Origin: Octopus sinensis
Lineage: Eukaryota
Assembly (NCBI RefSeq): GCF_006345805.1
Contig: NC_043004.1
Span: 69,440,001 to 69,504,000, forward strand
Length of the DNA: 64,000 nucleotides
Direction of reading: 5' to 3'
Part shown: positions 1 to 11,793 of the stretch, in pieces
Layout: the number at the start of each line of letters is the position of its first letter
Numbering within the stretch: the stretch's first letter is position 1
The notes under the pieces: model-generated
What the model saw: the letters and a program-made list of their open reading frames with translations, nothing else
Database searches by the model: none
Told to the model about the DNA's origin: nothing
Made by a program: the position numbers and the translations under genes

Positions 1-88
1 GAGACACTTGCCCAAGATGCCACGCAGTGGGACTGAACCCGGAACCATGTGGTTGGTTAGCAAGCTACTTACCACACAGCCACTCCTG
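1..88 (-). mobile_element. SINE family A, head fragment cut by the window edge
   Basis: Reverse complement of GGAGTGGCTGTGTGGTAAGTAGCTTGCT..CCACATGGTTCCGGGTTCAGTCCCACTGCGTGGC. Confidence 0.85.
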
Positions 89-518
89 CTAAGCATTTTG
101 TTTGGCATGGTAACGATTCTGCTAGCTTATTGCCTTATCATTATATTTCTTATTAAAACCATTTAGTTGTTCTAAAGAGTTACACAGGAGATTCTGTTAA
201 ATATTCTTCAACCATTTCTCACCTTAAAATATTTTTAGATAATTAACTGCTTTAATTACTCATTATTTTCAAGTAATATGATATTGAAGCCTTTCGAATT
301 GTATTTATTGGAATGAAGGAAAAGTGGCATATTTCTACAAGTGTCTATATTTCTAGTGTTGTTGTGGTTGTTGTTATGGTGATTTAGTCCCCGCTCAACC
401 ATATCAGCCCCCCCCCCCCCCATATGCAGGGTAGGAACTAGAAACTGCATTATACAATCTAAGAGAGGAAATTGCGATTTGTAAAGAAATTTAGCTGCTA
501 CTTTGGATCTTAGATGTT

Positions 519-890
519 TTGCTTGTTTCACTCATTAGATTGTGGCCATGCTGGGGCACCAGCTTAAAGGGTTTAGTCAAATCATCTGCACCTCATCCCC
601 CTCATTAGCTATTTTTTTTTGTCTTTTAAAGTTTGATATTTATACTATTGGTCTATTTTTTTCTAAATTTGTTAAGTTACAGGGATGTAAAGAAACCAAC
701 ACCAGTTGACAAGTAGTAGAGGGCAGTCAAACACACACACAAGCTTCCACATAGTTTCCATCTACCAAATTCACTCATAAGGCATTGGTTTGCCCAGGTC
801 TATAGTAGAAAATGCTTGCCCAAGGTGCTGTGCAGTGGGATTGAACCTGAAACCACATGGTTGCAAAGCAAGCTCCTTAACTACACAGCC
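519..890 (-). mobile_element. SINE family A, diverged copy
   Basis: Head and tail motifs recognisable with many substitutions. Confidence 0.7.
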
Positions 891-1407
891 TTGTATTTAT
901 TTTAACTTAATATGTTTCTGATCGATTTCCATCATAAACCACATCGTATCACTGTAAACCAATTCTGTTTGTAGTTTGCATTGGTTGCTCATGGAACTTT
1001 AATACTTGAAGCAAAACCACTTGAAGTGAATTTAAATTTGTCTCCCTCTTAGAATATTTCCAGTTATTTGAAAGTCGTTGAATGTTTGTGATAAATAGAT
1101 AAATAGCTGCAGTATATCTCTTTGAGGTGCTGCTTTTTAGCCTAATCCAGAAAATGGCATGGCTTTGACTTTCTCACTTCTGAGAACCAACTCAATCTTC
1201 AGATCATTGGGAATTAAATTCTTTTAACCTTGGAAGCTTATTCCTATAGATTTCTGGTGTTTCTCCTTTCTGCTGAAGCATCAGATGTCAGTGGAATGTC
1301 CTCTGAAGAGAAAAGAACTTCAGTTTTTATGCATATGGCCAATAAACAATAGTTATCATCTTAAAACACCTCTTAAATGTTGCTGTCTTAGTTGTTTAAA
1401 CGTTTAA

Positions 1408-1973
1408 CCTTTGAACTGGCTATATCCGGCCCAAGTATTCTACATGTTTTATGTTCAGACCAACCAGATCTAGCTTCTCACACATGTCTTACAGTGTCAT
1501 TCTAAAAATAAAGTCACATTGTCAAAATTCCAAAGCTATGAGATAATGCATGATTAATTCAAAACAATGTGAATGAGTACTCCGAGAGTGCAAACCTCCA
1601 CCAGGGCAACACCAACGTCCTTTCAACGATTAGCCAGAGATGATTTTTAAAATGAGAATATCTGAAATAAACTTGACTGCTCTCACAAATGAGAATACTA
1701 AAAATGAACCTGACCGCTCTCAAAGATTAAGTAACAGGAAAAAAAAAAATCCAGAGTCCTTTCCCGGTACTGGATTGATCCCAAAATTTAATCAGTTCAT
1801 GCTAGTCACAAGGCCAAACATCCCTGAAAGTTTCATCCAAATCCATCCAGTGGTTCTTGAGATATCTTGTCCACGGCAAACAAACGAACACGACTGAAAA
1901 CAATACCCCAGCCTTTGCTAAGGCAGAGACAATAAATAATCACATTTGACAGAGTAAGCTGAATGCTGAAGGC
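1408..1973. mobile_element. Same piggyBac-type MITE family, interrupted by a Helentron-like element
   Basis: TTAA at 1404-1407 and 1974-1977. Internal sequence is colinear with 36154-36374 apart from the insert. Confidence 0.7.
1575..1931 (+). mobile_element. Non-autonomous Helentron/Helitron2-like element (HINE-type)
   Basis: 5' AACCTCCACCAGGGC subterminal motif; AAGTTTCATCCAAATCCATCCAG body; 3' GAAAACAATACC followed by GCCTT-TGCT-AAGGC hairpin. Confidence 0.55.
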
Positions 1974-2029
1974 TTAACCTCCAGCTCGGTTCTGATTGTC
2001 TTTTTATACATCTACAGTGCTGATGTCTT

Positions 2030-2450
2030 ATCTTTTATATATTTCAGTCACTGGATTGTGGCCATGCTGGGGCACCACCTTGATGGGTTTTGTTGAGCAA
2101 AATGAATCTCCAGTATTTATTTCTGAGTTTAGTACTTATTCTGTCGATCTCTTTTGCCAAACTGTTAGGTTACAGGGCATAAAGAAACCACTTATCAAGC
2201 TGTGGTGAGACACACACACACACTTGCACATGCATGCACACTCATGCACATACATGCACATACATATACACACACGCCTCTTTTGTCAAAATGTAAAGAA
2301 ACCACTTGCCAAGCAGTGGTGCGGACCAACACAAATGCAGACACACAGGAGCATACACACACACGTTTATTCTGTTGTTCTCTTTTGCCAAGATTGAACT
2401 CGAAACTCTATTGCTGTGAGGTGAACTTCTTCACCACACAGCCAAACCTG
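2030..2450 (-). mobile_element. SINE family A, diverged copy
   Basis: Tail TTTCAGTCACTGGATTGTGGCCATGCTGGGGCACC, (CA)n middle, head remnant. Confidence 0.65.
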
Positions 2451-2741
2451 TGACATATATATAATAGGTTCTAGCCATACTTTGTATGTTATTGTTATCT
2501 GTTGCTTAACATTTTAATCCTATCAACCACTGTTAGTTGCACTGCGATGGGTCGTTTATGATAAGCACAGGTGTTGCCGTGTATTAGAAATTTCCTTCCC
2601 AACCACATGGTTCTGGGTTAGTCTCTCCTGTCTTGGTAGTCCTGCTGGGTTCTATCATTATGTCAACCAGACTATCAGATGTTGTTACACACCTCTGGTC
2701 ACAGTGTGCTTCTTCACATTTTTGTAGTTTTTGAATGATGT

Positions 2742-2900
2742 GTAGCAGTGGCTATGTGGTAAGTAGCTTGCTTACCAACCACATGGTTCCGGGTTCAGTC
2801 CCACTGTGTGACACCTTGAGCAAGTGTCTTCTACTATAGCCTCGGGCTGACCAAAGCCTTGTGAATGGATTTGGTAGATGGAAACTGAAAGAAGCCTGTC

Positions 2901-2942
<42 letters not shown>

Positions 2943-3415
2943 ATTTGTGCAAGGCGGCGAGCTGGCAGAAACGTTAGGACACCGGGCGAAATGCTTAGCG
3001 GTATTTTGTCTGCCGTTACATTATGAGTTCAAATTCCACCGAGGTCGACTTTGCCTTTCATCCTTTCGAGGTCGATAAATTAAGTACCAGTTACGCACTG
3101 GGGTCGACATAATTGACTTAATCCGTTTGTCTGTCCTTGTTTGTCCCCTCTGTGTTTAGCCCCTTGTGGGTAGTAAAGAAATATATATGTATGTGTGTGT
3201 GTATATGTTTGTGTGTCTGTTTGTCCCCCCAACATCGCTTGACAGCCAATGCTGGTGTGTTTACGTCCCCGTAACTTAACGGATCGGCAAAATAGATCAA
3301 TATAATAAGTACTAGGCTTACAAAGAATAAGTCCTGGGGTTGATTTGCTCGACTAAAGGCAGTACTTCAGCATGGCCACAGTCAAATGACTGAAACAAGT
3401 AAAAGAGTAAAAGAG
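2742..3415 (+). mobile_element. SINE family A (tRNA-derived, ~400 bp, central (TA)n/(TG)n) with a nested family B copy
   Basis: tRNA-like head with A/B-box-like motifs, CCTTGAGCAAGTGTCTT core, tail GCATGGCCACAGTCAAATGACTGAAACAAGTAAAAGAGTAAAAGAG. Confidence 0.85.
2947..3182 (+). mobile_element. SINE family B inserted into the (TA)n of a family A SINE
   Basis: GCAAGGCGGCGAGCTGGCAGAAACGTTAG...GAGTTCAAATTCC..GAGGTCGACTTTGCCTTTCATCCTTTCG.GGTCGATAAATTAAGTACCAG...GTAGTAAAGAAATA. Confidence 0.85.
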
Positions 3416-4705
3416 ATGCCACCCCACTAGTGAGACAAGCAGGCCAACATTTCTCCTGATTGGAAAGCCAGTGCATTGCAGGGTTACCCATTTACAGTTG
3501 AGCAGACTGGAGCCACATGAAGTGAATTGCTTTGCCCAAAACCACAATGCATTGCTGCTGGTCTGAGAATTGAAATCATGATCTTGTGATTTTGAGTGTG
3601 ACACCATTACCACCTGACCATATGTCTACATACCTCCTCAAAATGAAGGATGGTCTGTCATGACTGGAATGCCTTTGATCTTGGGTCTGCTCAATTTACA
3701 GTTTTTCTGGGGTTACTCAACAATAGGTGTGAGCATTGACGATGGCAGTGTTTTGCTGTTGCAATAAAATATTTCAGAAAAACAAACAAATAAAATGAAA
3801 AAAATTTTTTTCCCATTAATTATGATTTTCTGTTCTTTTTTTTTTTCTTCTCCCCTTCAGAAATTCTTCACTGAGAAACCCGATAAAAATGTTTACATAG
3901 CTTTTTTTTTTTTTTAATAAAATATATGAGTTTTGACAAAGTAAAGTCATCAATTTACAAAGTTTTCTTCTCACCCTTTTTTTTTGCTGCTTCTTTCTTT
4001 TTGGTGTGTGTATGTGTGTATACCTCGAAAATTGGATGAAATCAATGAACTCTCTCTCTCTCTCTTTTCAAAACTTCCTTAATTAATTACAATAAAGTTG
4101 TTTTTTAAGAATTTTTTTTTGATTTTTGGTAAAGAAATTCAAAATCCACATCAGTTTGTCATTCGTTATACCTCATGATGAAATCTCTTGTCTTTATGCA
4201 TCGTCTGTGTCTATTTTGTAATTTTCTTGCAATTAAACATTTTTTTATTCTCCATTTTTGGAACAGCTTTTTTATTTGTTTTTTTTTTTTTTTGCTACTA
4301 TGTCTGTTGGCCAATTTTCTCTCAGTAAATTTCACAAATTTTTTTTTCACAAATTAATTTGTCTATTTACACATTAATTTCACACATAGTCCACTTGATT
4401 GAGTAACACAATACTCATCGTTGTGACAAATGGAACATTGTTGTTCTTTCATGAGATTAGTATCTTTTACCTTTTACTTGTTCCAATCATTGGAGTGCAG
4501 CCATGCCACAGCACTTGCCTTGAAGGGTTTAGTTGAATAAATTGACCCTGGTATTTTTTTTATTTTTTAAAAATCTGGTAGTTATTCTTTTAGCCTTGTT
4601 TTGCTGAACTGTTGTGGGTGTGTAGGTGTAGGCATGTCTATGTAGTAAGAAAGTTTGCTTCACATCTGTATGGTTCTGAGTTCAGCACATATCCTGGGCA
4701 AGATA

Positions 4706-5190
4706 GGAACCCCTATCTTGCCCAGGATATTAATCGTCTGGAAACTGTTCAGCGACGTGCAACTAAGAGAATACCCTCCATCAGGCATTTGCCATATTCT
4801 GAACGCCTTACTTCCCTGGGCATGGATACATTGAAACTCTGACGTCTGGCAACTAACTTGGCAGACACCCATAAAATTATTAACCATCTTACTAACAATA
4901 ACTCTGAGCACCTTTTCAAACTCCACCTGTCTAACACCTGTGGACATGTTTACAAAGTCAGAAAACAGCACAGCACTACACAGCACTACATCCTTCAAAA
5001 CATCCATGCTTCCTGAGATTCGCCAACACTACGCCTGATTTTCTCCCCTCCATACACATGCAAGCATGTATCTGACTCATACACTGTTCACTTCCCAGAC
5101 ATTTGTACATTACTGCATATGCTTTATATGCACTTTTGACAAGTTGTGGTGCACCTGAGCACTGTATACAATAATTTCATTATTATTTTA
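4706..5190 (+). mobile_element. CR1/L2-clade LINE 3' fragment (RT C-terminus plus 3' UTR)
   Basis: Translates NPYLAQDINRLETVQRRATKRIPSIRHLPYSERLTSLGMDTLKL*RL...FKLHLSNTCGHVYKVRKQ, typical of the CR1 C-terminus. Ends in an (ATT)n-like tail. Confidence 0.85.
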
Positions 5191-5904
5191 ATGTGAAGGG
5201 ATTTTGTAATCCTCCAGCACAAGATCTAGTCCTTGGTACAGTATAGTGGTTTGTGCAACTCATTGACCAGGGCCTCCCATGCTGGGCAAGTCAAAATATA
5301 GAGACCAGACTAGAATGGACCAGTTCTTTCCAGAGGTAAAAATGGGTTTGCATAGGGCCATCATCCTTACCTAAAAAGAAAACAAATTTACAGAAGCATT
5401 GATTGCTGTTCAGAACTAACAAAACCTAGGAGAGGATGGCCTTTCCTCAAGGAAACATGTGTAGGACAGCAAAATCTGATAGGTAGCTGGTATCCAGCGA
5501 GAGCAAAGTAGGAAAAAGAGCCCAGTGTTTAAAACGGTGGAGAAAATCATTGTTGGGCTTTTCACCATAGGGAATGAAGAACATAAGTAAGTCAGTAATC
5601 TTTTGATTCTGAGGTTTGTTGTTGCTGAAGAAGCTGAAAATTAAGTAGCATCACACTACTTCATACCTGCAATTATACTACACCTGCAGACACTTCATTC
5701 TTGCAAAGTATTCCCTACTCATACCGGCAATTATACTCTACTTGCAATTATTCCATACCTGAAATTATACCCTACCTGCAGATATCATCATACGTGGTAG
5801 TTGTAAATTATCAGTGAATTTGTTTTGAATCTGGTCAAGCAACTGTGATATTTTCTAAATGGAATCATGTAATGATGTTGGGTTTACAACCTAATGAATA
5901 TATT

Positions 5905-6310
5905 CAGGTAGGTATGGCTAGGTGCAGGTATCTGTGTGGTATTAGGTTCAGTCACACTGTGTGGTGCCCTGGGCTTGTGTTTTCTGTTATAGCTCAAGCT
6001 AATCAAAGCCTTATGAGTGGATTTTGTAGATTGGAAACTGAAAGAAGCCCATTGCATGCATACATACATGTATGTGTGTGCATGTGTGCCCTTGCCTTAA
6101 CATCATGGGATGATTGTAAATAAACCTCACTGTCATACAAACAAGGTTGTATGTTTCAAGTCTGCTATGATAAACATGTCTGGCCATGGGGGAAATGTTG
6201 TTACCTTGCTTGGAAATAGAGGGTTGATGACAGGAAGGGTATCCAGCCTTGGAAAAATCTATTCCAACAAAGTCTGTGCAAGCATTAAAACAATGAATAA
6301 TAATGATGCA
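5905..6310 (+). mobile_element. SINE family A' (A head with RTE-type tail)
   Basis: A-type head and core followed by ACAGGAAGGGTATCCAGC tail. Similar copies at ~12330-12640 and 33350-33775. Confidence 0.6.
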
Positions 6311-6331
6311 TTTATGAATGTGTATTTATGA

Positions 6332-6369
<38 letters not shown>

Positions 6370-6857
6370 ATGCACACATGTATAGGATTGTCTACTAAAT
6401 TCCACTTACAAAGTATTGCTCAACCAACACCATGGTAGAAGACTCTTTGCCAGGACACCACTCAGTCATTTCCAGAGTTCTTTGTCAAATGTTGGGTAGA
6501 TGTTCTCACCCTTTTGTTATCAAATTTTTATTGAAATACACTTTGTTTCAATCAATTTTGAAACATCTGAAAAAATCAGTAGAATAACTTTTACATTATT
6601 CAGTTGGTCTTCAGAACATACATTTACGTGAGGTTTTAATGGAAGGTTTTTAAATCACCTAAAAACAAGAATTTTGTGTTATAGGACTAAGGGTAATCTC
6701 AGATGGGTTAATATCAAAAGCTTTAATTCACCTTTATTCACTGGAATCCTTCAGAAAAGCTGCTGTTTGATCATCTCAGAATATCTCTTACAATGAATGG
6801 GAGTTAAGATTTTCTCTGAAGCATGCTTCATGGGAAGTCTGTCTTCTTGCCAAAATA

Positions 6858-7052
6858 CCATATTTTCTTGCATAAAAGTCAATGTAATATATAGTACAAA
6901 CATTCAAATATTGTAACTATCTATCCAAACCCTGCTGCATTTTGCATGGAGTTTTTGGTCCTTCAAAGTTATCTTGGTGTAAAAGTCAACCTACCTTTCC
7001 TGGCTGTATATTTTAGTATGCAAGAATTCAACTTGTATGCCAGAAAATACAG
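6858..7052. mobile_element. Tc1/mariner/pogo-type MITE (~195 bp)
   Basis: TA-CCATATTTTCTTGCATAAAAGTCAA ... TTCAACTTGTATGCCAGAAAATACAG-TA. Confidence 0.7.
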
Positions 7053-7900
7053 TAAACCATTATGGCATACTCTTGAGTATAAGGACCACAACAGTACAAA
7101 CTACCTGAATTAAAATTAGAGAAAAACAGACATCAAAAAGAAATTAGGGTGTCAGGTTGATGAGAGAGAGAGAGAGATTAAAAGACTGTTAAGGATGTTG
7201 ATATAGGTTTGAAATGGAAACATTGCATCAAATGCTGCCCTTTCTGGCCATCTGGCGTAATGTTTACTAAAAATATTAATGCAGCATCAGTGAAGTGATC
7301 GTCACTGTTTGTCTTCCCTTAAGAGATTGTTCCACCTTTTTTCTCTTTTTTTACCAATTTATTATTGCCGACTCCATTTGGCAGAAATAAAAGAAGGTTT
7401 TGTTTTGATGTGCAAATCATGTAAATAGATTTTTTTTTATTATTATTTTCACTTTGGTTGGAATAAAGGTTAGATATTTTCCAGGTGGAAAAAATCTGTT
7501 TAAATAGATTTAATATTATGTGAGAAAATATTAGTTTTAACTGAGGTTTTGTGTGTGTGTGTGGTTTATGGCATCACAGAACGAAAGATTGTCTCAGGTG
7601 AATTAGTAACAAAAGGGTTTATGTTGATATGTAATGTTACTTTGTAATAATATTTGGCAGTTGGTAGCAAAAAAAAAAAAAAAAGAAAGTAAAAAAACTT
7701 TGTCAGGAAATCTCATGGAATGATGAGAAAAGTATTCGTTTCTATGAAGTGTACAAGATCTGAAATGCTAGTAGTAAAAGAAGCTGTGGCCTGCATGCCT
7801 TTCATGGAAGTACAAGCATCATATTGAGAATGAAAATCAGGAGCAGGAAATGCTTTATCTTTGCACCTCATAGTTTACTATATTATGATAAACAATAAGC

Positions 7901-7972
7901 GGCTCATTGATCTAGGAGTATGATTCTCGCTTAGGGTGCGAGAGGTCCCGGGTTCGAATCCCAGACGAGCCC
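7901..7972 (+). tRNA. tRNA-Pro(AGG), probably a pseudogene or retroposed copy
   Basis: 72 nt GGCTCATTGATCTAGGAGTATGATTCTCGCTTAGGGTGCGAGAGGTCCCGGGTTCGAATCCCAGACGAGCCC. Anticodon stem CTCGC/GCGAG, AGG at 7933-7935, B-box GGTTCGAATCC. Four G>A changes against the recalled canonical eukaryotic tRNA-Pro (positions 6, 10, 17, 63); two of them break acceptor- and T-stem pairs. Confidence 0.9.
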
Positions 7973-7974
7973 CA

Positions 7975-8146
7975 CTGTTTTACACTCATGGAGTGGTTGG
8001 CATTAGGAAAGGCATCCAGCTGTAGAAACACTGCCAGATCAGAGTGGAGTCTGGTGCAGCCATCTGGCTTCCCAGACCCCAGTTGAAACGTCCAACCCAT
8101 GCTAGCATGGAAAGCGGACGTTAATCGATGATGATGATGATGATGA
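7975..8146 (+). mobile_element. RTE-type 3' tail joined to tRNA-Pro
   Basis: ACACTCATGGAGTGGTTGGCATTAGGAAAGGCATCCAGCTGTAGAAA...CCAACCCATGCTAGCATGGAAAGCGGACGTTAATC(GAT)n, closely matching 23505-23696. Confidence 0.8.
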
Positions 8147-8377
8147 ATATCAGCATGACAGATTCTTTCATAGACTCTTCATACAGAGGGATTAGGCATG
8201 TCTGTGTGGTTAAGGAGCTTGCCTCCCAACTGTGTGGTTTTGGGTTCAGTCCCACTGCATGGTACAGCACTTTAGGAAAGTGTTTTCTATTATAGACCCA
8301 GGCCAACCAAAGCCTTCTGAATGGCTTGAGAAAATGGAAACTGAAAGAATTCCATTGTATATGTTTATATGTATAAG

Positions 8378-8919
8378 TACAGGCATAGCTGTGTGGTAAG
8401 AAATTTGCTTCACAACCACACGATTCTGTGTTCAATCTCACTACATGTCATCTTGGGTAAATGTGTTCTAATCCAGCCTTGGGCCAACCAAACCCTTGTG
8501 AGTTGATTTGGTGGGCAGAAACTGGAAGAAACCCCATTATAAATACATGGCTGCCACCACTTGACAGTTGGTGTTGGTTTGTTTATGTCCTCACAATTTA
8601 GCAGTTCAGCAAAAAGACACTACTAAAATAAGTAGCTGACTTAAAAAAAAAAAGTCCCGGGATCAGGGCTGAGTTGTTCAACTAAACCCTTCAAGGTCAT
8701 GCTCCAGCATGGCCACAATCTATTGAGTCAAACAAGTAAACCATAAGATATGTGAGTATGTGTATGTTTGAGTCTTTAGGTATAGGAGTGGCTGTGTGGT
8801 AAATAGCTTGCTTATGAACCACATGGTGGCACCTTGGGCAAGTGTCTTCTACCTTAACCTCGGGCCAACCAAAGCCTTGTGAGTGGATTTGGTAGACGGG
8901 AACTGAAAGAAGTCCATCG

Positions 8920-8950
<31 letters not shown>

Positions 8951-9032
8951 CTGGTCCTAGGGTTGATTTGCTCGACTAAAGGCAGTGCTCCAGCATGGCC
9001 ACAGTCAAATGACTGAAACAAGTAAAAGAGAG
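8378..9032 (+). mobile_element. Two tandem SINE family A copies (second internally deleted)
   Basis: Heads at ~8381 and ~8782; tails ending AACAAGTAAA at ~8740 and ~9027. Confidence 0.75.
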
Positions 9033-9213
9033 AGAGAGAGAGAATGCAACATTCTATACTCTCTCTCCCTCCCCACTCTCTAAAATATGCAACCTTTTGC
9101 TTATGTTGGATGTCAGTCTGTGGTTACAGATGGAACCCAGGAAGTTGCAAAAATATAGTATAAACTTCAGACTTTGTATATTTGTTTCTGTTATATATGT
9201 ATATATATATATA

Positions 9214-11050
9214 GGTAAACAGTAAAATTAAATACAGACATGGACAAGAAATGAAACACACAGAGACGACACAAGAACCACAGGACGGGACATTCGAAGC
9301 TCAGTCATCAGTCAAGAACCAGATCATCTTAGCAATTTCGGCTGATTAATCTTGAGATTGCTCCGATATGGCCAGCCCGCCAAGGGAAATCTAAGCCAAG
9401 CGCATTAGATCCCCTGGAAGAAAGCTTCGAATGTATACAACGAAAGACGGAAAAACGATCGAAGTACACAAACAAAAATACAGAATACGTGACACCAATA
9501 AGAATACAAAAACGTAAAAAAATAACGGTAAAAATAAAAAAAAAACAACAAAACAAAACCAGGACGTAGGACAAGGGTCTTTCGACAGGACGATTTGAGT
9601 AGGCTGGCTTGTGAAGTTGTGCCTAAAGGCCAGGGGAGACGAACACATACGTGTTGCTTCTGAGGCTGCTGAAAACGAAAAGAGCGCTCAACAGCGGCTA
9701 GCTGTCACGTGAGAACAAAAGACAGGAGAAAGGGACAGATGAAAAGGGAGAGAAGGTGGACGAGGAGGAGAAGAAGAAAGAGACAGATCGAGGGGGCTGG
9801 AGGTGAGAGAGATAGAGCAACGTAGAAAGGGGGGGGGACGGATGGGAGGGAAAAGAACGGAAGTGGAATAAGGGAGGAGGGAGAGAGAGAGAAAAAGAGC
9901 AGATTAAGAGTCGTATCAAAGCTGAGAAAAAAATACTTATCGTATAAGGACAATTGTGGATACGTAGCCGCCGATTATATAGGTAAACAGTAAAATTAAA
10001 TACAGACATGGACAAGAACATGAAACACCACAGAGACGACACAAGAACCACAGGACGGGACATTCGAAGCCCTCAGTCATCAGTAAGAAACCAGATCATC
10101 TTAGCAATTTCGGCTGATTAATCTGAGATTGCTCCGATATGGCCAGCCCGCCAAGGGAATCTAAGCCAAGCGCATTAGATCCCCTGGAAGAAAGCTTCGA
10201 ATGTATACAACGAAGGACGGAAAACGATCGAAGTACACAAACAAAAATACAGAACGTGACACCAATAGGAATACAAAAACGTAAAAACAATAACGGTAAA
10301 AATAAAAAAAAAACAACAAAACAAAACAGGACGTAGGACAAGGGTCTTTCGACAGGACGATTTGAGTAGGGGCTGGCTTGTGAAGTTGTGCCTAAAGGCC
10401 ACGGGGAGACGAACACATACGTGTTGCTTCTGAGGCTGCTGAAAACGAAAAGAGCGCTCAACAGCGGCTAGCTGTCAGTGAGAACAAAGACAGAGAAAGG
10501 GACAGATGAAAAGGGAGAGAAGGTGGACGAGGGAGGAGAAGAAAGAGACAGATCGAGGGGGCTGGAGGTGAGAGAGATAGAGAGAAACGTAGAAAGGGGG
10601 GGGGACGGATGGGAGGGAAAGAATGGAAGTGAATAAGGGAGGAGGAGAGAGAGAGAAAAAGAGACAGATAAGAGTCGTATCAAAGCTTGAGAAAAAAATA
10701 TACTATCGTATAAGGACAATTGTGGATACGTAGCCGCCGATTATTAGTAAACAGTAAAATTAAATACAGACATGGACAAGAACATGAAACACCACAGAGA
10801 CGACACAAGAACACAGGACGGGACATTCGAAGCCCTCAGTCATCAGTCAAGAACCAGATCATCTTAGCAATTTCGGCTGATTAATCTTGAGATTGCTCCG
10901 ATATGGCCAGCCGCCAAGGGAAATCTAAGCCAAGCGCATTAGATCCCCTGGAAGAAAGCTTCGAATGTATACAACGAAAGGACGGAAAACGATCGAAGTA
11001 CACAAACAAAAATACAGAATACGTGACACCAATAAGAATACAAAAACGTA
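9214..11050 (-). mobile_element. Head-to-tail array (~2.4 copies) of a ~768-bp non-coding monomer; Penelope-like/retrozyme-like non-autonomous element
   Basis: Unit start GGTAAACAGTAAAATTAAATACAG recurs at 9214, 9982 and ~10746; copies are nearly identical. The array abuts (TA)n at 9213 and TATA at 11050. CTGATGA occurs on the minus strand in each unit. The tandem structure is certain; the classification is inferred. Confidence 0.6.
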
Positions 11051-11428
11051 TATAAATGATTATCACCGCTTCAACACAATTGTTCTATAGGAACTGACAT
11101 TACTACCGTTTTTAACCCTTGGAGGATGCATCCTCCAGCCGGTTATCAATGCAATCTGTACCTGATATATATTACAAGCAGGAGAGTGAACCCCACCATC
11201 TAGTGTTGACAGAACCACCAGACCATCCAGCTTTGAGCTATTTGTGCTCATCCTCAGTGGTGGACACCTATCTGCTAGAAACAGCAGTAGTTTGCTCCAG
11301 CTCACAATATATAGAAAAATAAGGGACAGTCAATCATTGATCTTGCAACAAGCAAAATAGTTAGTTAAAAAATATCTATATGAGATGAAAGTAGTAACTA
11401 TTCTGAGAAGTAATAAATAAATAGTATA

Positions 11429-11793
11429 TAGGAGTGGCTGTGTGGTAAGTAGCTTGCTAACCAACCTCATAGTTCCGGGTTCAGTCCCACTGCGTGGCAT
11501 CTTGGGCAAGTGTCTTCTTCTATAGCCCCGGGCCGACCAATGCCTTGTGAGTGGATTTGGTAGACGGAAACTGAAAGAAGACTGTCGTATATATGTGTGT
11601 TTGTGTTTGTCCCCCTAGCATTGCTTGACAACCGATGCTGGTGTGTTTACATCCCCGTCACTTAGCGGTTCGGCAAAAGAGACTGATAGAATAAGTACTG
11701 GGCTTACAAAGAATAAGCCCCGGGGTCGATCTGCTCGACTAAAGGCGGTGCTCCAGCATGGCCACAGTCAAATGACTGAAGCAAGTAAAAGAG
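11429..11793 (+). mobile_element. SINE family A, full length
   Basis: Complete head, core and tail, close to the family consensus seen in this window. Confidence 0.9.

Noticed and set aside
1300-1325. CTGAAGAGAAAAGAACTTCAG as a hammerhead core
   Set aside because: No GAAA and no helix III; only a 6-bp hairpin.
10105-10140. GCAATC...GAAATTGC (minus strand) as helix III of a type III hammerhead
   Set aside because: No CUGANGA lies between the strands in the required order; it is a simple hairpin around GATTAATC.
9329-11066. Repeated ORFs (HSKLSSRGSNALGLDF...) as a protein-coding tandem gene
   Set aside because: Frames differ between copies and the diverged relative at 14.3-14.8 kb does not conserve the peptide.
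11121-11136. Perfect 16-bp palindrome GGAGGATGCATCCTCC
   Set aside because: Isolated, with no supporting context; plausible by chance in 64 kb.
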